Positions 19,030-29,460 of a stretch of 64,000 bases of DNA are shown here, piece by piece. The stretch comes from Spirochaetia bacterium (GTDB taxonomy: Bacteria; Spirochaetota; Spirochaetia; DSM-2461): positions 5,088,001 to 5,152,000 of the forward strand of contig OY764216.1 of the NCBI GenBank assembly GCA_963668315.1, given 5' to 3'. Every line of letters starts with the position of its first letter. The stretch's first letter is position 1. Position numbers and translations under genes: made by a program. Below the pieces are notes generated by a model that was not told the origin of the DNA, did not search any database, and saw nothing but the letters and a program-made list of their open reading frames with translations.

Positions 19030-19766
19030 TCGCTCTCCTCCTCTTCAATGGAGAAGGGAAAGATTCTGTGGGGTATATTGATCTCCGCCTCTTTCCCGGG
19101 AAAACTGCCGAAGTCGGTGGAAAACCCTGACAACTGGATGAGAAGATCCCTGTTGTCCTGTGCTTCCCCCTTGCGGTCGACCACATGTTCTCTGGATGTC
19201 TTGATGCAGTTGGAGCGGACTATGACCGACTCCCTCTCACCGATAGTCACACGTAATTCCGCCCGGTACCAGGTATCGCAATCGGAAAGATTTATATACC
19301 TTCTCCTGTCTCCGAACTGAATGGGAATATCAAAATACTCCTGGGCTTCACCCATTTCATCCCGGGGGGATTCCAGTTGATAGATACGGATGTAAATGCT
19401 TTCGAAATCGTCTCGTTCCTCTATACTTTCACGGGTTTTTTCTTCCACGTCCCAATAGAGGAATCCCCAGGAGGGGTCACGGGGCATAAAGATCATTTTC
19501 GTCTCATTATACCTTTCGGGAAGAGTCAGATCTTCATCATAATCTATACAGAGTTCTTCCATAAGATAGGTGTTGAATTTCTGTGCTTCCATCTTCATGG
19601 CCATATTGTGGAGGGAATTTTTCTCTTCCTGATCCTCTTCCATGGCATCTAGGATCCACTCGATGAGCTGTTCCCTATCCGAATCGGGATAAAAGGATAC
19701 GTTTCCCTGTCTGGCTACTTCCTGCAGCTTATCAAGGGACAGGGTTCTGAGCCGTTCTTCTATCAT
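19026..19766 (-). CDS. DUF4912-domain protein
   Basis: LPERYNETK..MPRDP.W...YWD and RSN motifs; this family is usually found next to GH57 branching enzymes. Start chosen at MIEERL. Confidence 0.82.
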   Translation of the reverse strand: MIEERLRTLSLDKLQEVARQGNVSFYPDSDREQLIEWILDAMEEDQEEKNSLHNMAMKMEAQKFNTYLMEELCIDYDEDLTLPERYNETKMIFMPRDPSWGFLYWDVEEKTRESIEERDDFESIYIRIYQLESPRDEMGEAQEYFDIPIQFGDRRRYINLSDCDTWYRAELRVTIGERESVIVRSNCIKTSREHVVDRKGEAQDNRDLLIQLSGFSTDFGSFPGKEAEINIPHRIFPFSIEEEESE

Positions 19767-19878
19767 AAAATACGATACCCCTAAGATTCCAAAGGATCTC
19801 AATTTTTCATTAAAAATATCCTAGAGATTCCCACATCTATTGTCAAGGGGTAGCTAAAACCATCCCCTCTCCCAAAAG

Positions 19879-20748
19879 TTACAGAATTAACGGATCTCCG
19901 GACTTTATTTCCGGTTTATATACAAGAATCATCACGACATCGCCCCAGTTTCCCTTTTTGGCAGCCCGGTCCATTCCCCTTTTCAAAGGGGGGGGAAGTG
20001 AGCCGGCCGGAGCCCCTCCCCAGGTTTTCCAGGGCCCCGGGGAAAACCCTTCACTCTGAAACAGCTTTTTCAGGAGGGGAGCGGAAAAAAGGACCAGATG
20101 ATCGGCGATAGCAGACCGCCATGAGCCACCCCGGACAAGGGCCTGAAAGGAACGGGTATTGGGGGTCACACAGAGGAAAGCCCCTCCGGGAATAAGGAGA
20201 CGGTAAACCTCCCGGACAAAAGACCGGGGATCATTCAAATGCTCAATAACATGGGAAGCATGGATGAATGAGTAAGAGCCTTCAACGAGACCGGCGTCCT
20301 CCAGGGGGACCTGATGGACAATCAGTCCCCTCGAACGGGCCCTCTCCGCTGAGGCGGAACAGATTTCCAGACCTTCCGCCCGCCAGTTCCGTCCTGAAAG
20401 CCAGCCGATCAAAGCACCCGTGGCGCAGCCGATATCCAGGGCGGGGCCCTTACTCCTCAGACTGTCCTCCCACTGATCAAAACCGGCATCCTTAAGGCCC
20501 AGCTTCATCAGTTCCAGGAAGGATTCTTCATTATCCATTTCATAGCTGCAATACTCCCCGTCATACCTCAAATGAGCATGATGAGGAAGGATCTGAGGAT
20601 TTTGATAGATACATCCGCAACGGGAACAACGGACAAAACGAAAGGTACCGCAGTCCCATTTAGGACGAAATGATTTTTCACCGCAGAGAGGACAGGGAAT
20701 CAGCCTTGCCTCCTCACCTGCCCCAGGTTCAGATGAATAGGTTTTCAA
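19879..20748 (-). CDS. Class I SAM-dependent methyltransferase with N-terminal Zn-ribbon
   Basis: CPLC...CSRC, LDIGCATG and HVIEH motifs. Probable TTG start at 20748, next to the upstream stop. Confidence 0.85.
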   Translation of the reverse strand: MKTYSSEPGAGEEARLIPCPLCGEKSFRPKWDCGTFRFVRCSRCGCIYQNPQILPHHAHLRYDGEYCSYEMDNEESFLELMKLGLKDAGFDQWEDSLRSKGPALDIGCATGALIGWLSGRNWRAEGLEICSASAERARSRGLIVHQVPLEDAGLVEGSYSFIHASHVIEHLNDPRSFVREVYRLLIPGGAFLCVTPNTRSFQALVRGGSWRSAIADHLVLFSAPLLKKLFQSEGFSPGPWKTWGGAPAGSLPPPLKRGMDRAAKKGNWGDVVMILVYKPEIKSGDPLIL

Positions 20749-20749
20749 A

Positions 20750-21574
20750 TCAGTTCCTGTTGAGGGCAAAGGAGCGGAGGGTCCTGTTACTCTGATAATC
20801 GGAAAGCTCCACTTCAATGAGCCCCCGGCCCTGATTGATAACGATCTCCCCGCCGTCAAGATACCCTTCCTCCGTGAAGAAGCTATCGGCCGGACGTCTG
20901 TCATTACCAACGAAATAGATCTGCCCGTCCCGGCTGACCAGGGAATCCAGTGACAGGGAAAAGTGGACCTGTCCCAGGTAGCGGATTTTGACGCTATGGG
21001 GGAAAAAATCCACTCCGCTATTATCCATTCTGTCCGATATTTTCAAAAGCAGGTGATAGGAACCGGCCGCCAGGGACGTCGTGTCCGCAAGAGAAAAAAC
21101 CTGTCCGTTTTTTTCCAGGAGCACCTCTTCCACCACAGGTTTTATACGATCGTTTTCCACGGAAAACATAAAAAAAGGATTAACCCACTGATTAAGAGTG
21201 CTGTCTCTGACGGCGAATTCCAGTCCCTGGGGGGCGGTCCCCAGCTGATCGCCTTCCTTCAGATAAGAACGGTTCTCCAGATTATTTTCCGGAATAATTC
21301 CGCTGTAACAGGAGCGGAATCCCCCGTCATGCTGCAGTACAACCATCCCTTCCGATCCCGGAGGGCCGTAACCCTCGTCAGCCATAAAGATGAGTTCCCC
21401 GTCGTTATATGCCCCTACCCGGTCATTCTCTCCCTTCAGGCAGATACCATTCTCCACGACTTCATCTTCAATCTTGCCGAATCCATGGATTAGTTCGGGT
21501 TTACCCATGGGCCACTGAATAGAGAATAGTGAGAAGGGGCAGAGAATCAGGAGAAATAGAAACCATCTTGCCAT
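20750..21574 (-). CDS. Exported M23-peptidase-like protein (metal ligands appear degenerate)
   Basis: Signal peptide; WPM, GMVVLQH.GG.RS.Y, EGDQLG and VNP pattern of the M23 fold. No HxxxD or HxH found. Confidence 0.6.
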   Translation of the reverse strand: MARWFLFLLILCPFSLFSIQWPMGKPELIHGFGKIEDEVVENGICLKGENDRVGAYNDGELIFMADEGYGPPGSEGMVVLQHDGGFRSCYSGIIPENNLENRSYLKEGDQLGTAPQGLEFAVRDSTLNQWVNPFFMFSVENDRIKPVVEEVLLEKNGQVFSLADTTSLAAGSYHLLLKISDRMDNSGVDFFPHSVKIRYLGQVHFSLSLDSLVSRDGQIYFVGNDRRPADSFFTEEGYLDGGEIVINQGRGLIEVELSDYQSNRTLRSFALNRN

Positions 21575-22635
21575 CAGTAGAACTCCCTCCTTAGCACATA
21601 AGCACCCTCTTCCCCCGTAAGGAGGATCCTATCGCCCCGTACATCCAGTGAATAGGGCCGGTCGTTGTAACGGTTTACCAGAATCCTTTCTCCCTCCTTG
21701 GTATAAAGGGAGAGGACGCCGTGTCCGTCCGTTTCCGACTGAAACAGGAGAGTTCCGTCCCGGGGAATCGATCTCCCGTCGCGAAATTCACCCTGAAGGG
21801 AAAACTCAGTGAGCACCGGATTCCCCGGAGTGAAACAAAGCCCTTTGTCCCCCCCCTCTATTATCAGGTGTGAGGAGTCGTTAAAAATCAGCTTAAGGGG
21901 CTTACGAAAACTTCTGGCAAGATTTTCATGGTATACGGGGCGGAAACCGTTCTCTTTTCTTTCGATAAGAATGAACCTCTGGGGATCTATGCCGGAAACC
22001 ACGGCCAGGCGCTCTCCGGAAGGGGAAAGGGCAATTCCGTATATGGCATTGATCCGGCTGCCGCCGGGACTCCACCTGTAGAGCAGTTTTCCCTCCTCTC
22101 CCAGGAGAATAATCTCCCCGTTCAGTAATCCCGCGGCGGTAATCCCGCTCTGATTATCCAGACAGGTTATGACGGATGGCATGTAGTATTCCCATAACGT
22201 CCGGCCTGCCGTATCAATTTCCCGGATATACCCCAGGGAATAATCGGTGAGAAATATATGCTCCCCTGAAAAAACCGGAACAAGAGAACTGTCTATCTCT
22301 GTTGAAAAAACACCTGTTTTTGATACGAGGCGAAGTGCCTCGCCCCGGTCCTCTATGTAAAAACGTTCGGAGACCCTTGAACGACCGCCCCCCGGAAGCC
22401 GGTTAAAGGAGGCATTTTCTTCATCGTAATACCCCATCGCGCCGAAACTCCTGAACGGCCAGTTACCCGTAATCTCTTTATCGGGAACACTTTCCTCAAC
22501 CAGGGAGGCCCCTCTTTCGGGGACGAGAACATATTCCTCTTTAACGGTAAAGGGAAACAAGAAAAAGTAGAGAACAAAAAAAACTAACAGCACCGGCAAG
22601 AGATATCCGCTTTTACTCATAAAAAACTTTACCAA
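21574..22635 (-). CDS. Membrane-anchored beta-propeller-like hypothetical protein
   Basis: N-terminal TM segment; PQQ/WD-like repeats (GRTLWEY, ALSPSGERLAV). Confidence 0.65.
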   Translation of the reverse strand: MVKFFMSKSGYLLPVLLVFFVLYFFLFPFTVKEEYVLVPERGASLVEESVPDKEITGNWPFRSFGAMGYYDEENASFNRLPGGGRSRVSERFYIEDRGEALRLVSKTGVFSTEIDSSLVPVFSGEHIFLTDYSLGYIREIDTAGRTLWEYYMPSVITCLDNQSGITAAGLLNGEIILLGEEGKLLYRWSPGGSRINAIYGIALSPSGERLAVVSGIDPQRFILIERKENGFRPVYHENLARSFRKPLKLIFNDSSHLIIEGGDKGLCFTPGNPVLTEFSLQGEFRDGRSIPRDGTLLFQSETDGHGVLSLYTKEGERILVNRYNDRPYSLDVRGDRILLTGEEGAYVLRREFY

Positions 22636-22701
22636 CCCTCATCTAAAGTGTATCCTATACGAACAGCCTCAAGAGGTCAAATGTTTTTTGGGAGAAGAGA
22701 T

Positions 22702-23100
22702 TTGGAACTTACCGAATTATTGAAAGAAGCGGAAAAAATCAGTAAACGCGCCTACGCCCCCTATTCGCATTTTCCCGTGGGAGCAGCTCTTCTTGGGGAA
22801 AACGGACAAATTTATTACGGGGTGAACGTGGAAAACCGTTCTTTCGGGCTGACCAACTGCGCCGAGAGGACAGCCCTCTTTTCCGCCTTGACCGACGGCA
22901 TAACCCGCTTCAGGGGAATTGCCATTTTTGCCCCCGCCGGGGAAAACCCCACCAGTCCCTGCGGCGCCTGCCGGCAGGTACTTTCGGAATTCGTATCTTC
23001 CGACTTTCCCGTCATATTCGGCAACAGGGAAGACAATTACATTATTACCACCATGGGGGAACTCCTGCCCCATGACGGACTGTACGAGCTGAAAAAATAA
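22702..23100 (+). CDS. cdd: Cytidine deaminase
   Basis: AYAPYS.F.VGAA, NVEN, CAER and PCGACRQ motifs. Likely TTG start at 22702. Confidence 0.95.
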   Translation: MELTELLKEAEKISKRAYAPYSHFPVGAALLGENGQIYYGVNVENRSFGLTNCAERTALFSALTDGITRFRGIAIFAPAGENPTSPCGACRQVLSEFVSSDFPVIFGNREDNYIITTMGELLPHDGLYELKK

Positions 23101-23117
23101 AAGGGGACGATTGTCCC

Positions 23118-23957
23118 CTATTTTTCTGTCTTGCGGGTTCCCAGCCGGGCCGCCCTGGCATCCTGTTCCACCCTCTTCATATCCTGATTCAGCTTCACCA
23201 GCCAGACATCGCGTTTCTTCTTCATGGCTTCCGCCTGCTCCGGCTTTCCGAGAAGGCTGTAAATTCTTCTGAGCGCCCCCAGATAGTCCAGAGCTTTTTT
23301 ATAATCATCCAGCCGCCGGGTGGAAAGTTCGTATTTTTTCCTGTACTCCTCCGCCGAACGCTGAAGCAGTTCATTGGTCATGTCCATGTGGAAGATCCGC
23401 TCCTTATAGCCTTCTACCCGGGGATCAAGACCGGCAACAAAATGCTTCATGTCCAGACAGTTCTTAGAGATGGTGGCCATCCGGCCCTCAAGTTCGACAA
23501 AAGACCATTTCCATTTGGAGTTGGCACCGAATCCCTCTTCGATGGAGTCGATGGCAAAGCCGAGTTTCCTTATGAGAGCGAACCTGTCCTTTTCCTGAAA
23601 GGCGGTGACTTCCGAAAGCTGCTCTTCATAATCACTGAAAGGCACATCCAGATAGGACGAAAATACCTCTTCCAGATAGATAATGGCTTTATAGCAGGCT
23701 TTACGGGCGTCATTGAGGGCATTCTCATTCTTCACGCCCAGAAGATTCTGGGACAGCTTATTAATAATGAGAAAATAGGAGACGATATCCAGATTCTCAT
23801 TGGCGAGGCGAATTCTCTTATAGGCGGCCCCTTTTTCGTCCGCCTTCATCAGGGCCAGAACTTTCTTCTCATTTTCAAGGAGGCGCTGAGTAATGCGTCT
23901 GTACTCTTTTATCCTTTCAAAGTATTTCTGTTTCGCCCGCTCATTTACTTTGGCCAC
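23118..23957 (-). CDS. Helical hypothetical protein (279 aa)
   Basis: GTG start 2 nt after the recN stop with a GGAGG RBS; all-alpha composition. Confidence 0.75.
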   Translation of the reverse strand: MAKVNERAKQKYFERIKEYRRITQRLLENEKKVLALMKADEKGAAYKRIRLANENLDIVSYFLIINKLSQNLLGVKNENALNDARKACYKAIIYLEEVFSSYLDVPFSDYEEQLSEVTAFQEKDRFALIRKLGFAIDSIEEGFGANSKWKWSFVELEGRMATISKNCLDMKHFVAGLDPRVEGYKERIFHMDMTNELLQRSAEEYRKKYELSTRRLDDYKKALDYLGALRRIYSLLGKPEQAEAMKKKRDVWLVKLNQDMKRVEQDARAARLGTRKTEK

Positions 23958-23959
23958 GG

Positions 23960-25657
23960 CTAAAAGACTCCTCCGGGAGAATTCTGGCGGAGTAATTCTT
24001 CCGCATGGGCCAGTGAGGTTTCCCGGCGGCTGTCACCGGCCAGCATTCTCGCCACTTCTTCCTTCCTTTTCTCGCCGGAGACCTGAGTCACCAGCGTCTG
24101 GGTTCTGTCTCCGGAGGATTTTTTCTCAATCCTGATATGATTATCGGCAAAAGAAGCGATGGAGGCAAGGTGAGTTATGGTGAAAATTTGCTTATCCTGG
24201 GCTAATTTCCGGAAATGGCGGCCGATGGAAAGGGCGACTTCACCTCCGATACCCGTATCGATTTCGTCAAAAACCAGCGTTTCGATAATATCCTGGGCGG
24301 CGAAAACCGATTTTAAAGCCAGCATGACCCTGCTGATTTCTCCCCCGGAGGCAACCGATTTCAAAGGTTTCAGAGATTCACCCCTGTTGGCCGAGAGGAG
24401 GAACTCTATGGAATCGATGCCGTAGGGCCCGCAGAGTGAAACGCCCCCTTCGGTCTGTTTCCTGTTCAGTTCAATAACAAAGCGTCCCGATTCCATTCCC
24501 AGCTCTCTCAGATTGGACTCGATTTTCATCTGCAGCTTCTCGGCTGTCACCCGTCTTTTTTCTGACAGCTGCCGGGCGAGAAGAGAGAGGTTCTTCTCCA
24601 TTTCGGTCTTTTTTTTGATCAGCGTCTCTTTACCGCCGTCTCCCCCGTCAAGAAGCTCCAGCTGTTCACGGCAGCTCTTCCCGTAGGCATTAATCTCTTC
24701 GATGGTCGAACCGTATTTCTTCTTGAGCTGATGGATCAGGAGCAGCCTCTCATCGGCCTGTTCCTGCTCCTCCGGGCTGAAGTCGATCCGATCCATTCCC
24801 TGCCGGAGAGTCTCGTAAATATCTTCCAGTTCCAGGGAGGCGCTTTCGAATCTCTCGAAAAGCCCGCGGCCCCCGTCCCCCAGAACAGGGGAGAGTTTCT
24901 CCACGGAGCGGAGAGCCTCTTCCAGGGAACCGATGACTCCGGCTCCTCCCGTCATAAGCCGGGTAAGCATTTCCCAGCTACGCATCAGCTCTTCCTGATG
25001 GGAAAGGAGTTCAACCCGGGCGTTCAGCTCCTCCTCCTCCCCTTCCCGGAGGTCGGCCGCTTCAATCTCATCGGCAGCATAGCGGGCGAATTCCGCCTCC
25101 TTCTCCCGTGTTTCTTTATCTTCGTCCAGTTTTTCCAGCCGTTCACGCAGTTCGGAGAGTTCCCGGAACCGGAGGGTAAGGGTGTCCGTTTCCTTTTCCA
25201 GATTCCCGTATCTGTCCAGCAGCTTGCGGTGATTTTCCAGTACAAAGAGAGACTGATGCTCATGCTGGCTGTGCATATCAAAAAGCATGGCTCCCAGCTC
25301 CTGGAGCGCGGATAGATTGATAGGCTGGGACTGAACGTAAATAGTTCCCCTTCCCGACCGCTTAATCGTACGGCGGATAAGCAGGGTCTGCTCCTCCGGC
25401 TCGATGCCGTAGCGCTCGTACCAGTCGGCCAGCTCGGGAATATCCCTTACGGGAAGTATCCCCGAAACACGGGCTTCCTCTTCGCCCTCACGTATCAGAT
25501 TTTTATCGGCGGGGGCTCCCAGGAGGAGAGAAAGGGAGCCGACCAGGATGGATTTTCCCGCACCGGTCTCTCCGGTCAGGACATTCAGTCCCTTGCCGAA
25601 GCGTATTTCCACTTTCTCTATGAGAGCCACATTCTCTATAACCAGTTCCTCAAGCAT
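23960..25657 (-). CDS. recN: DNA repair protein RecN
   Basis: LTGETGAGKS, ASGGEISR and FDEIDTG motifs; start MLEEL at 25657. Confidence 0.96.
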   Translation of the reverse strand: MLEELVIENVALIEKVEIRFGKGLNVLTGETGAGKSILVGSLSLLLGAPADKNLIREGEEEARVSGILPVRDIPELADWYERYGIEPEEQTLLIRRTIKRSGRGTIYVQSQPINLSALQELGAMLFDMHSQHEHQSLFVLENHRKLLDRYGNLEKETDTLTLRFRELSELRERLEKLDEDKETREKEAEFARYAADEIEAADLREGEEEELNARVELLSHQEELMRSWEMLTRLMTGGAGVIGSLEEALRSVEKLSPVLGDGGRGLFERFESASLELEDIYETLRQGMDRIDFSPEEQEQADERLLLIHQLKKKYGSTIEEINAYGKSCREQLELLDGGDGGKETLIKKKTEMEKNLSLLARQLSEKRRVTAEKLQMKIESNLRELGMESGRFVIELNRKQTEGGVSLCGPYGIDSIEFLLSANRGESLKPLKSVASGGEISRVMLALKSVFAAQDIIETLVFDEIDTGIGGEVALSIGRHFRKLAQDKQIFTITHLASIASFADNHIRIEKKSSGDRTQTLVTQVSGEKRKEEVARMLAGDSRRETSLAHAEELLRQNSPGGVF

Positions 25658-26510
25658 CGGGACCTCCCGCCCAGCCCAGCTTTGTCTGGACCACATCAAG
25701 AAACGACCGTCTGCGCGACGTAATGACTGGAACAAATTTGTCCGTGGGGACGGAAACTATCCGGTCTCCCGGCTGCAGGGGAGTCACGACCTGGCCGTCT
25801 ATAGTCAAAAGCAGAGATTTCTGGCGGTTTTCCCCCACTTTTACGGCGATTTTTTCATTTTTGCCCAAAACGATGGGCCGGTAATTCAAAGAGAAAGGAC
25901 AGATGGGTGTCAGGATCATGGCTTCCATCTCAGGATGGAGGATGGGGCCCCCCGCAGCCATGGAGTAGGCTGTGGAGCCCGTCGGCGTGGCCAGGATAAG
26001 CCCGTCACCACGGAAATCGGCCAGGACACGGCCGTCCACTTCCAGAACAAGATGAATCATTCGGGAGATCATACCGCACGACACGACCGCATCATTGACA
26101 CCAATATGGCGGGCGACTTCCTCGTCATTTCTGTAAACGACGGCCTGAAGAACGGAACGGCGGCTGATTTTATAGTCCCCGTCAAGACAGCGGGGGAGAG
26201 CGGATGTCCACTCGTTTCCGGAAATTTCCGTGATATATCCGAAGGTACCCATATGTATGGGGAGGATGGGGACATTCAGTTCGAGGAGCAGCCGGGCCGT
26301 ATAAAGGAAAGTTCCGTCACCCCCCAGGGAAACGGCCAGATCCCATTTCAGGGTCCTGTCAAAATCGGCATCGCCGTAACAGAGTCTCCTGTTTTCCACC
26401 CCTCTGCTCTGCAGATAGGCTGAAACATCACGGGCCAGTTTCTCAGCCCTCTCGTCGTGGTTTTTATAGACAATAAGTACGCGGTTAACCGGATTGTGAT
26501 CGTTGGCCAT
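25650..26510 (-). CDS. nadK: NAD(+) kinase
   Basis: LGGDGT, ND and TPTGSTAYSMAAGGP motifs; start at 26510. Confidence 0.95.
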   Translation of the reverse strand: MANDHNPVNRVLIVYKNHDERAEKLARDVSAYLQSRGVENRRLCYGDADFDRTLKWDLAVSLGGDGTFLYTARLLLELNVPILPIHMGTFGYITEISGNEWTSALPRCLDGDYKISRRSVLQAVVYRNDEEVARHIGVNDAVVSCGMISRMIHLVLEVDGRVLADFRGDGLILATPTGSTAYSMAAGGPILHPEMEAMILTPICPFSLNYRPIVLGKNEKIAVKVGENRQKSLLLTIDGQVVTPLQPGDRIVSVPTDKFVPVITSRRRSFLDVVQTKLGWAGGPDA

Positions 26511-26530
26511 GCAAGAGTAGAGTACCGTTC

Positions 26531-27553
26531 TCAGGGCAATGTGGTCAAGACCCTGCTGATAAGCTCGCCGTTCTTCTGCCCCATCATGGGATAGAGGGGA
26601 AACAGGAGAGTCCCCATGGCCAGACGGGAAGCAACAGGGCATTCAGAGCGGTCTTCAAGGAAATCGATACAGGTACCGGCGAAGGCCATGGCCGTCTCCA
26701 CACCCTTCTTACGGGCGTAGGCGCGGATATCCTTCATGCTGTCCTTCAGATAAAGGGGAAAGGAGTACCAGGCGGGATTCTCCCCGTCGGCGGATTTCAG
26801 GGGATGATGACGACCCCTTGATGCGGAGCGGATAAACAGCTCGGCCAGCTGCCTTCTCTTTTCCAGGAACCCCTCCAGCTGCGACCACTGTACAAGCCCC
26901 AGAGAACCGTTCATATCGGGCAGGAAGGATTCGGCGCAGAGGGATTCCTCATTCTCCTTCAAAAGAGCCAGTTCTTCATCGGAACGTGCCAGAAGAAGAG
27001 TTCCCCCCCCCGATGTGATGATATGGTGAAACTCCATCCCCAGAAGGACATACTTCCCCGTATTTCCGGCCAGGGTCTCGTCGCTCTGCGCTCCCAGGGA
27101 CTGGCTGATATCCTCCACCATGGGAAGACCGAATTCAGCCAGTTCTTCCATGGGCTGAAGAAATCCCATGGGATGAACGGCGAAAATAGCCTTGGGTTCC
27201 CTGTCCATCAGGGCGGCGACCCTTTTCGGATCCATGGTCCCCGATGCTTCATCCACATCGGCATAAAGGGGAACGATGCCCTTTTCATCAAAGACCCGGG
27301 CATAAACCTGGGGAGCCAGGGGAGAGATGATGATCCGGTCGCCCCGTTCCAGCCCCAGAACGTCCAGGAGGCAGGAGAGCGCGCGGGGAAATTCGCGGAG
27401 GGCGCAGCCCCCGGCGGTTCCCAGGCTTTCGGAGATTTGCCGGATAAGCTCATCCGCCAGGGCGGAGGGGCCTATCTGATCGGATACGAGGCATGTGAGC
27501 ACCGAATCCATATCTTTTCGTTTAATAGTCGGTTTAAAAAGAGGAATAGACAT
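26531..27553 (-). CDS. DegT/DnrJ/EryC1/StrS-family aminotransferase-like protein (PLP lysine apparently missing)
   Basis: VEDISQSLG motif and overall fold pattern. The usual SFxxxKxxxxGEGG reads GMEFHHIITSGGG. Confidence 0.78.
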   Translation of the reverse strand: MSIPLFKPTIKRKDMDSVLTCLVSDQIGPSALADELIRQISESLGTAGGCALREFPRALSCLLDVLGLERGDRIIISPLAPQVYARVFDEKGIVPLYADVDEASGTMDPKRVAALMDREPKAIFAVHPMGFLQPMEELAEFGLPMVEDISQSLGAQSDETLAGNTGKYVLLGMEFHHIITSGGGTLLLARSDEELALLKENEESLCAESFLPDMNGSLGLVQWSQLEGFLEKRRQLAELFIRSASRGRHHPLKSADGENPAWYSFPLYLKDSMKDIRAYARKKGVETAMAFAGTCIDFLEDRSECPVASRLAMGTLLFPLYPMMGQKNGELISRVLTTLP

Positions 27554-28035
27554 TATGTGAGAGAGGAGATCTGCCTTAATTCGTCCGGGTTAAAGAGCCG
27601 GTTGATATCCAGTAAAATCAGATAGCTGCCGTCCTCTTCCTGCTGCACTACACCGGTGATATACTCCGTACCTATACCGGAAACCATCTGCGGCGGGGGC
27701 TGGATGGCATCGGCTTCGATATTCATAACCCGGAGGACTTTATCAATGATGATGCCCACATGGGTTCCCTGTAGATTCAGGATGATGAAACCGGAGAGCA
27801 GTTTTTCCTCTTCGCTCAACTCGGCCCGGCTGATATGAAACCTCTTATGAAGATTAATGATGGGGATAATGTTACCCCTGAGGTTGAAAATACCTTCCAC
27901 ATATGAGGGGGCGTTGGGTATGGGACGGACGTCTTCTATTCCGTAGATCTCTTTAACGTCCATAATATTGATACCGTAACTTTCCTTGCCAAGCTGAAAA
28001 GTTACCATTTGAAGTCTCGTATCCAATTCACCCAT
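27553..28035 (-). CDS. cheW: Chemotaxis protein CheW
   Basis: VTFQLG.E.YGI.I..VKEI and IPNAPSYVEGIFNLRG motifs. Confidence 0.95.
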   Translation of the reverse strand: MGELDTRLQMVTFQLGKESYGINIMDVKEIYGIEDVRPIPNAPSYVEGIFNLRGNIIPIINLHKRFHISRAELSEEEKLLSGFIILNLQGTHVGIIIDKVLRVMNIEADAIQPPPQMVSGIGTEYITGVVQQEEDGSYLILLDINRLFNPDELRQISSLT

Positions 28036-28155
28036 GAATTCCTCCTGTTGCCTTATCCGTAGGCCGTATTCGGCTGACTATAATTGTAGATGCATAAGAG
28101 AGTTTCTTCAACAACTCTTTCATCTTTTTCCAAAAAAAGAGCACCCTTAGCGCAC

Positions 28156-29460
28156 TCAGAACTTTCTTATCACATCCAGAGGCCTTATCCGGCCCGCCCG
28201 GGCGGCGGGAACGGCCGATGTCACCCATGAGAGCAGGGCCGCCGCAATCCCGACGGTCAGAATTCGCTCCCATTGAAGATCTACGGGGATTTCCTGAAGA
28301 TAATATCCGGCATTCAGAAGGGAGAATTCCTCTCCCCCTCCGCCAGAGAAGGGGGCCAGGATTTTCTGAACCAGCCGCCCCGCGCCGTTAATCAGCGCGA
28401 CAAGTTCATTCACATACCGGGAAATCAGTACGCCGGCCCCGCAGCCGAGGAACGCGCCGCCTATCCCCACGAAAAGGCCGGTTAAGCGGTAGATTCTCTG
28501 AATTCCCGAGGGGGAAGCCCCCAGACACTTGAGTATGCCGATGGACTGACGGTTTTCCACGATGAGCATGATGAGTGAAGATGATACATTGATGACAGCC
28601 ACCAGAACAAGCATGGCCATGATGACCACCAGCATGGATCGGGTCGTATTGTAGCTGTTCAGCTCAGACCGGTTCAGAGCCTCCCAGGTATAGGCTCTCC
28701 AGTTCGGGCCGGGAGACACCGTTCCTATGCGGTTGATCAGCTCTCTCAGATCACCGTGGGGATCATAGGTTTTTATGCCTAAAAGGGTGCGGGACGTTTC
28801 TTCGGAAAGGAGCCGCTCTCCCTGCTCATAGGGAATGAAAACCCATAGCCGGTCCAGGTCCTGATAACCGCTGGAAATGATGCCCGTAACCGTCAGAGGG
28901 GTTATCCGGGGGATATACCGTCCTCCGGGAAAAACCTTGCCGGTGAGAAGCTTGACGGAATCGCCCGGATGGACGCCCAGTTTCGAGGCGATGGCCTCTC
29001 CCAGGACGACGGAGCGGTCGCCGCTTAAATCAAAAGCTCCCTCCCGGACCTGTATATAACGCTGAAACTCTTCGTCCTTCTCCCATATATCCCGTTCCAC
29101 AGCCCGGACGGCGATACCTGTGCTGCCCTCATCGGAGTAGGCCATACCGGCTCCGGTTTTCTCCAGGAAGGCATATTTCACCTCGTCCAGGGTAAGCACG
29201 GCCTCCTTCTCTTCCCGGAACTCATCCTCGCTCTTATCGGTGTAGCTGAAGATCTGCAGGTGGTAGCTCTCGGTTTCCAGAAAACGGCTTACGATGCCCT
29301 CGATCATCCCTTCGGACACATTGATGACGACGATCAGGGGAATCAGGCTCAATGCCACCCCCGTCACGGCTCCCAGTATGGGCCGCGAGTGGTACTGTCC
29401 CTTCCTCCTGTTGCGGCGGAAGGAGCGGAAGGCGATAAAGGAGGCCGTATCCAGCTTCAT
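28156..29460 (-). CDS. lolE: Lipoprotein-releasing ABC transporter permease (LolC/E family)
   Basis: Four-TM FtsX/MacB pattern with IGILKCLGAS; adjacent to lolD. Confidence 0.82.
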   Translation of the reverse strand: MKLDTASFIAFRSFRRNRRKGQYHSRPILGAVTGVALSLIPLIVVINVSEGMIEGIVSRFLETESYHLQIFSYTDKSEDEFREEKEAVLTLDEVKYAFLEKTGAGMAYSDEGSTGIAVRAVERDIWEKDEEFQRYIQVREGAFDLSGDRSVVLGEAIASKLGVHPGDSVKLLTGKVFPGGRYIPRITPLTVTGIISSGYQDLDRLWVFIPYEQGERLLSEETSRTLLGIKTYDPHGDLRELINRIGTVSPGPNWRAYTWEALNRSELNSYNTTRSMLVVIMAMLVLVAVINVSSSLIMLIVENRQSIGILKCLGASPSGIQRIYRLTGLFVGIGGAFLGCGAGVLISRYVNELVALINGAGRLVQKILAPFSGGGGEEFSLLNAGYYLQEIPVDLQWERILTVGIAAALLSWVTSAVPAARAGRIRPLDVIRKF

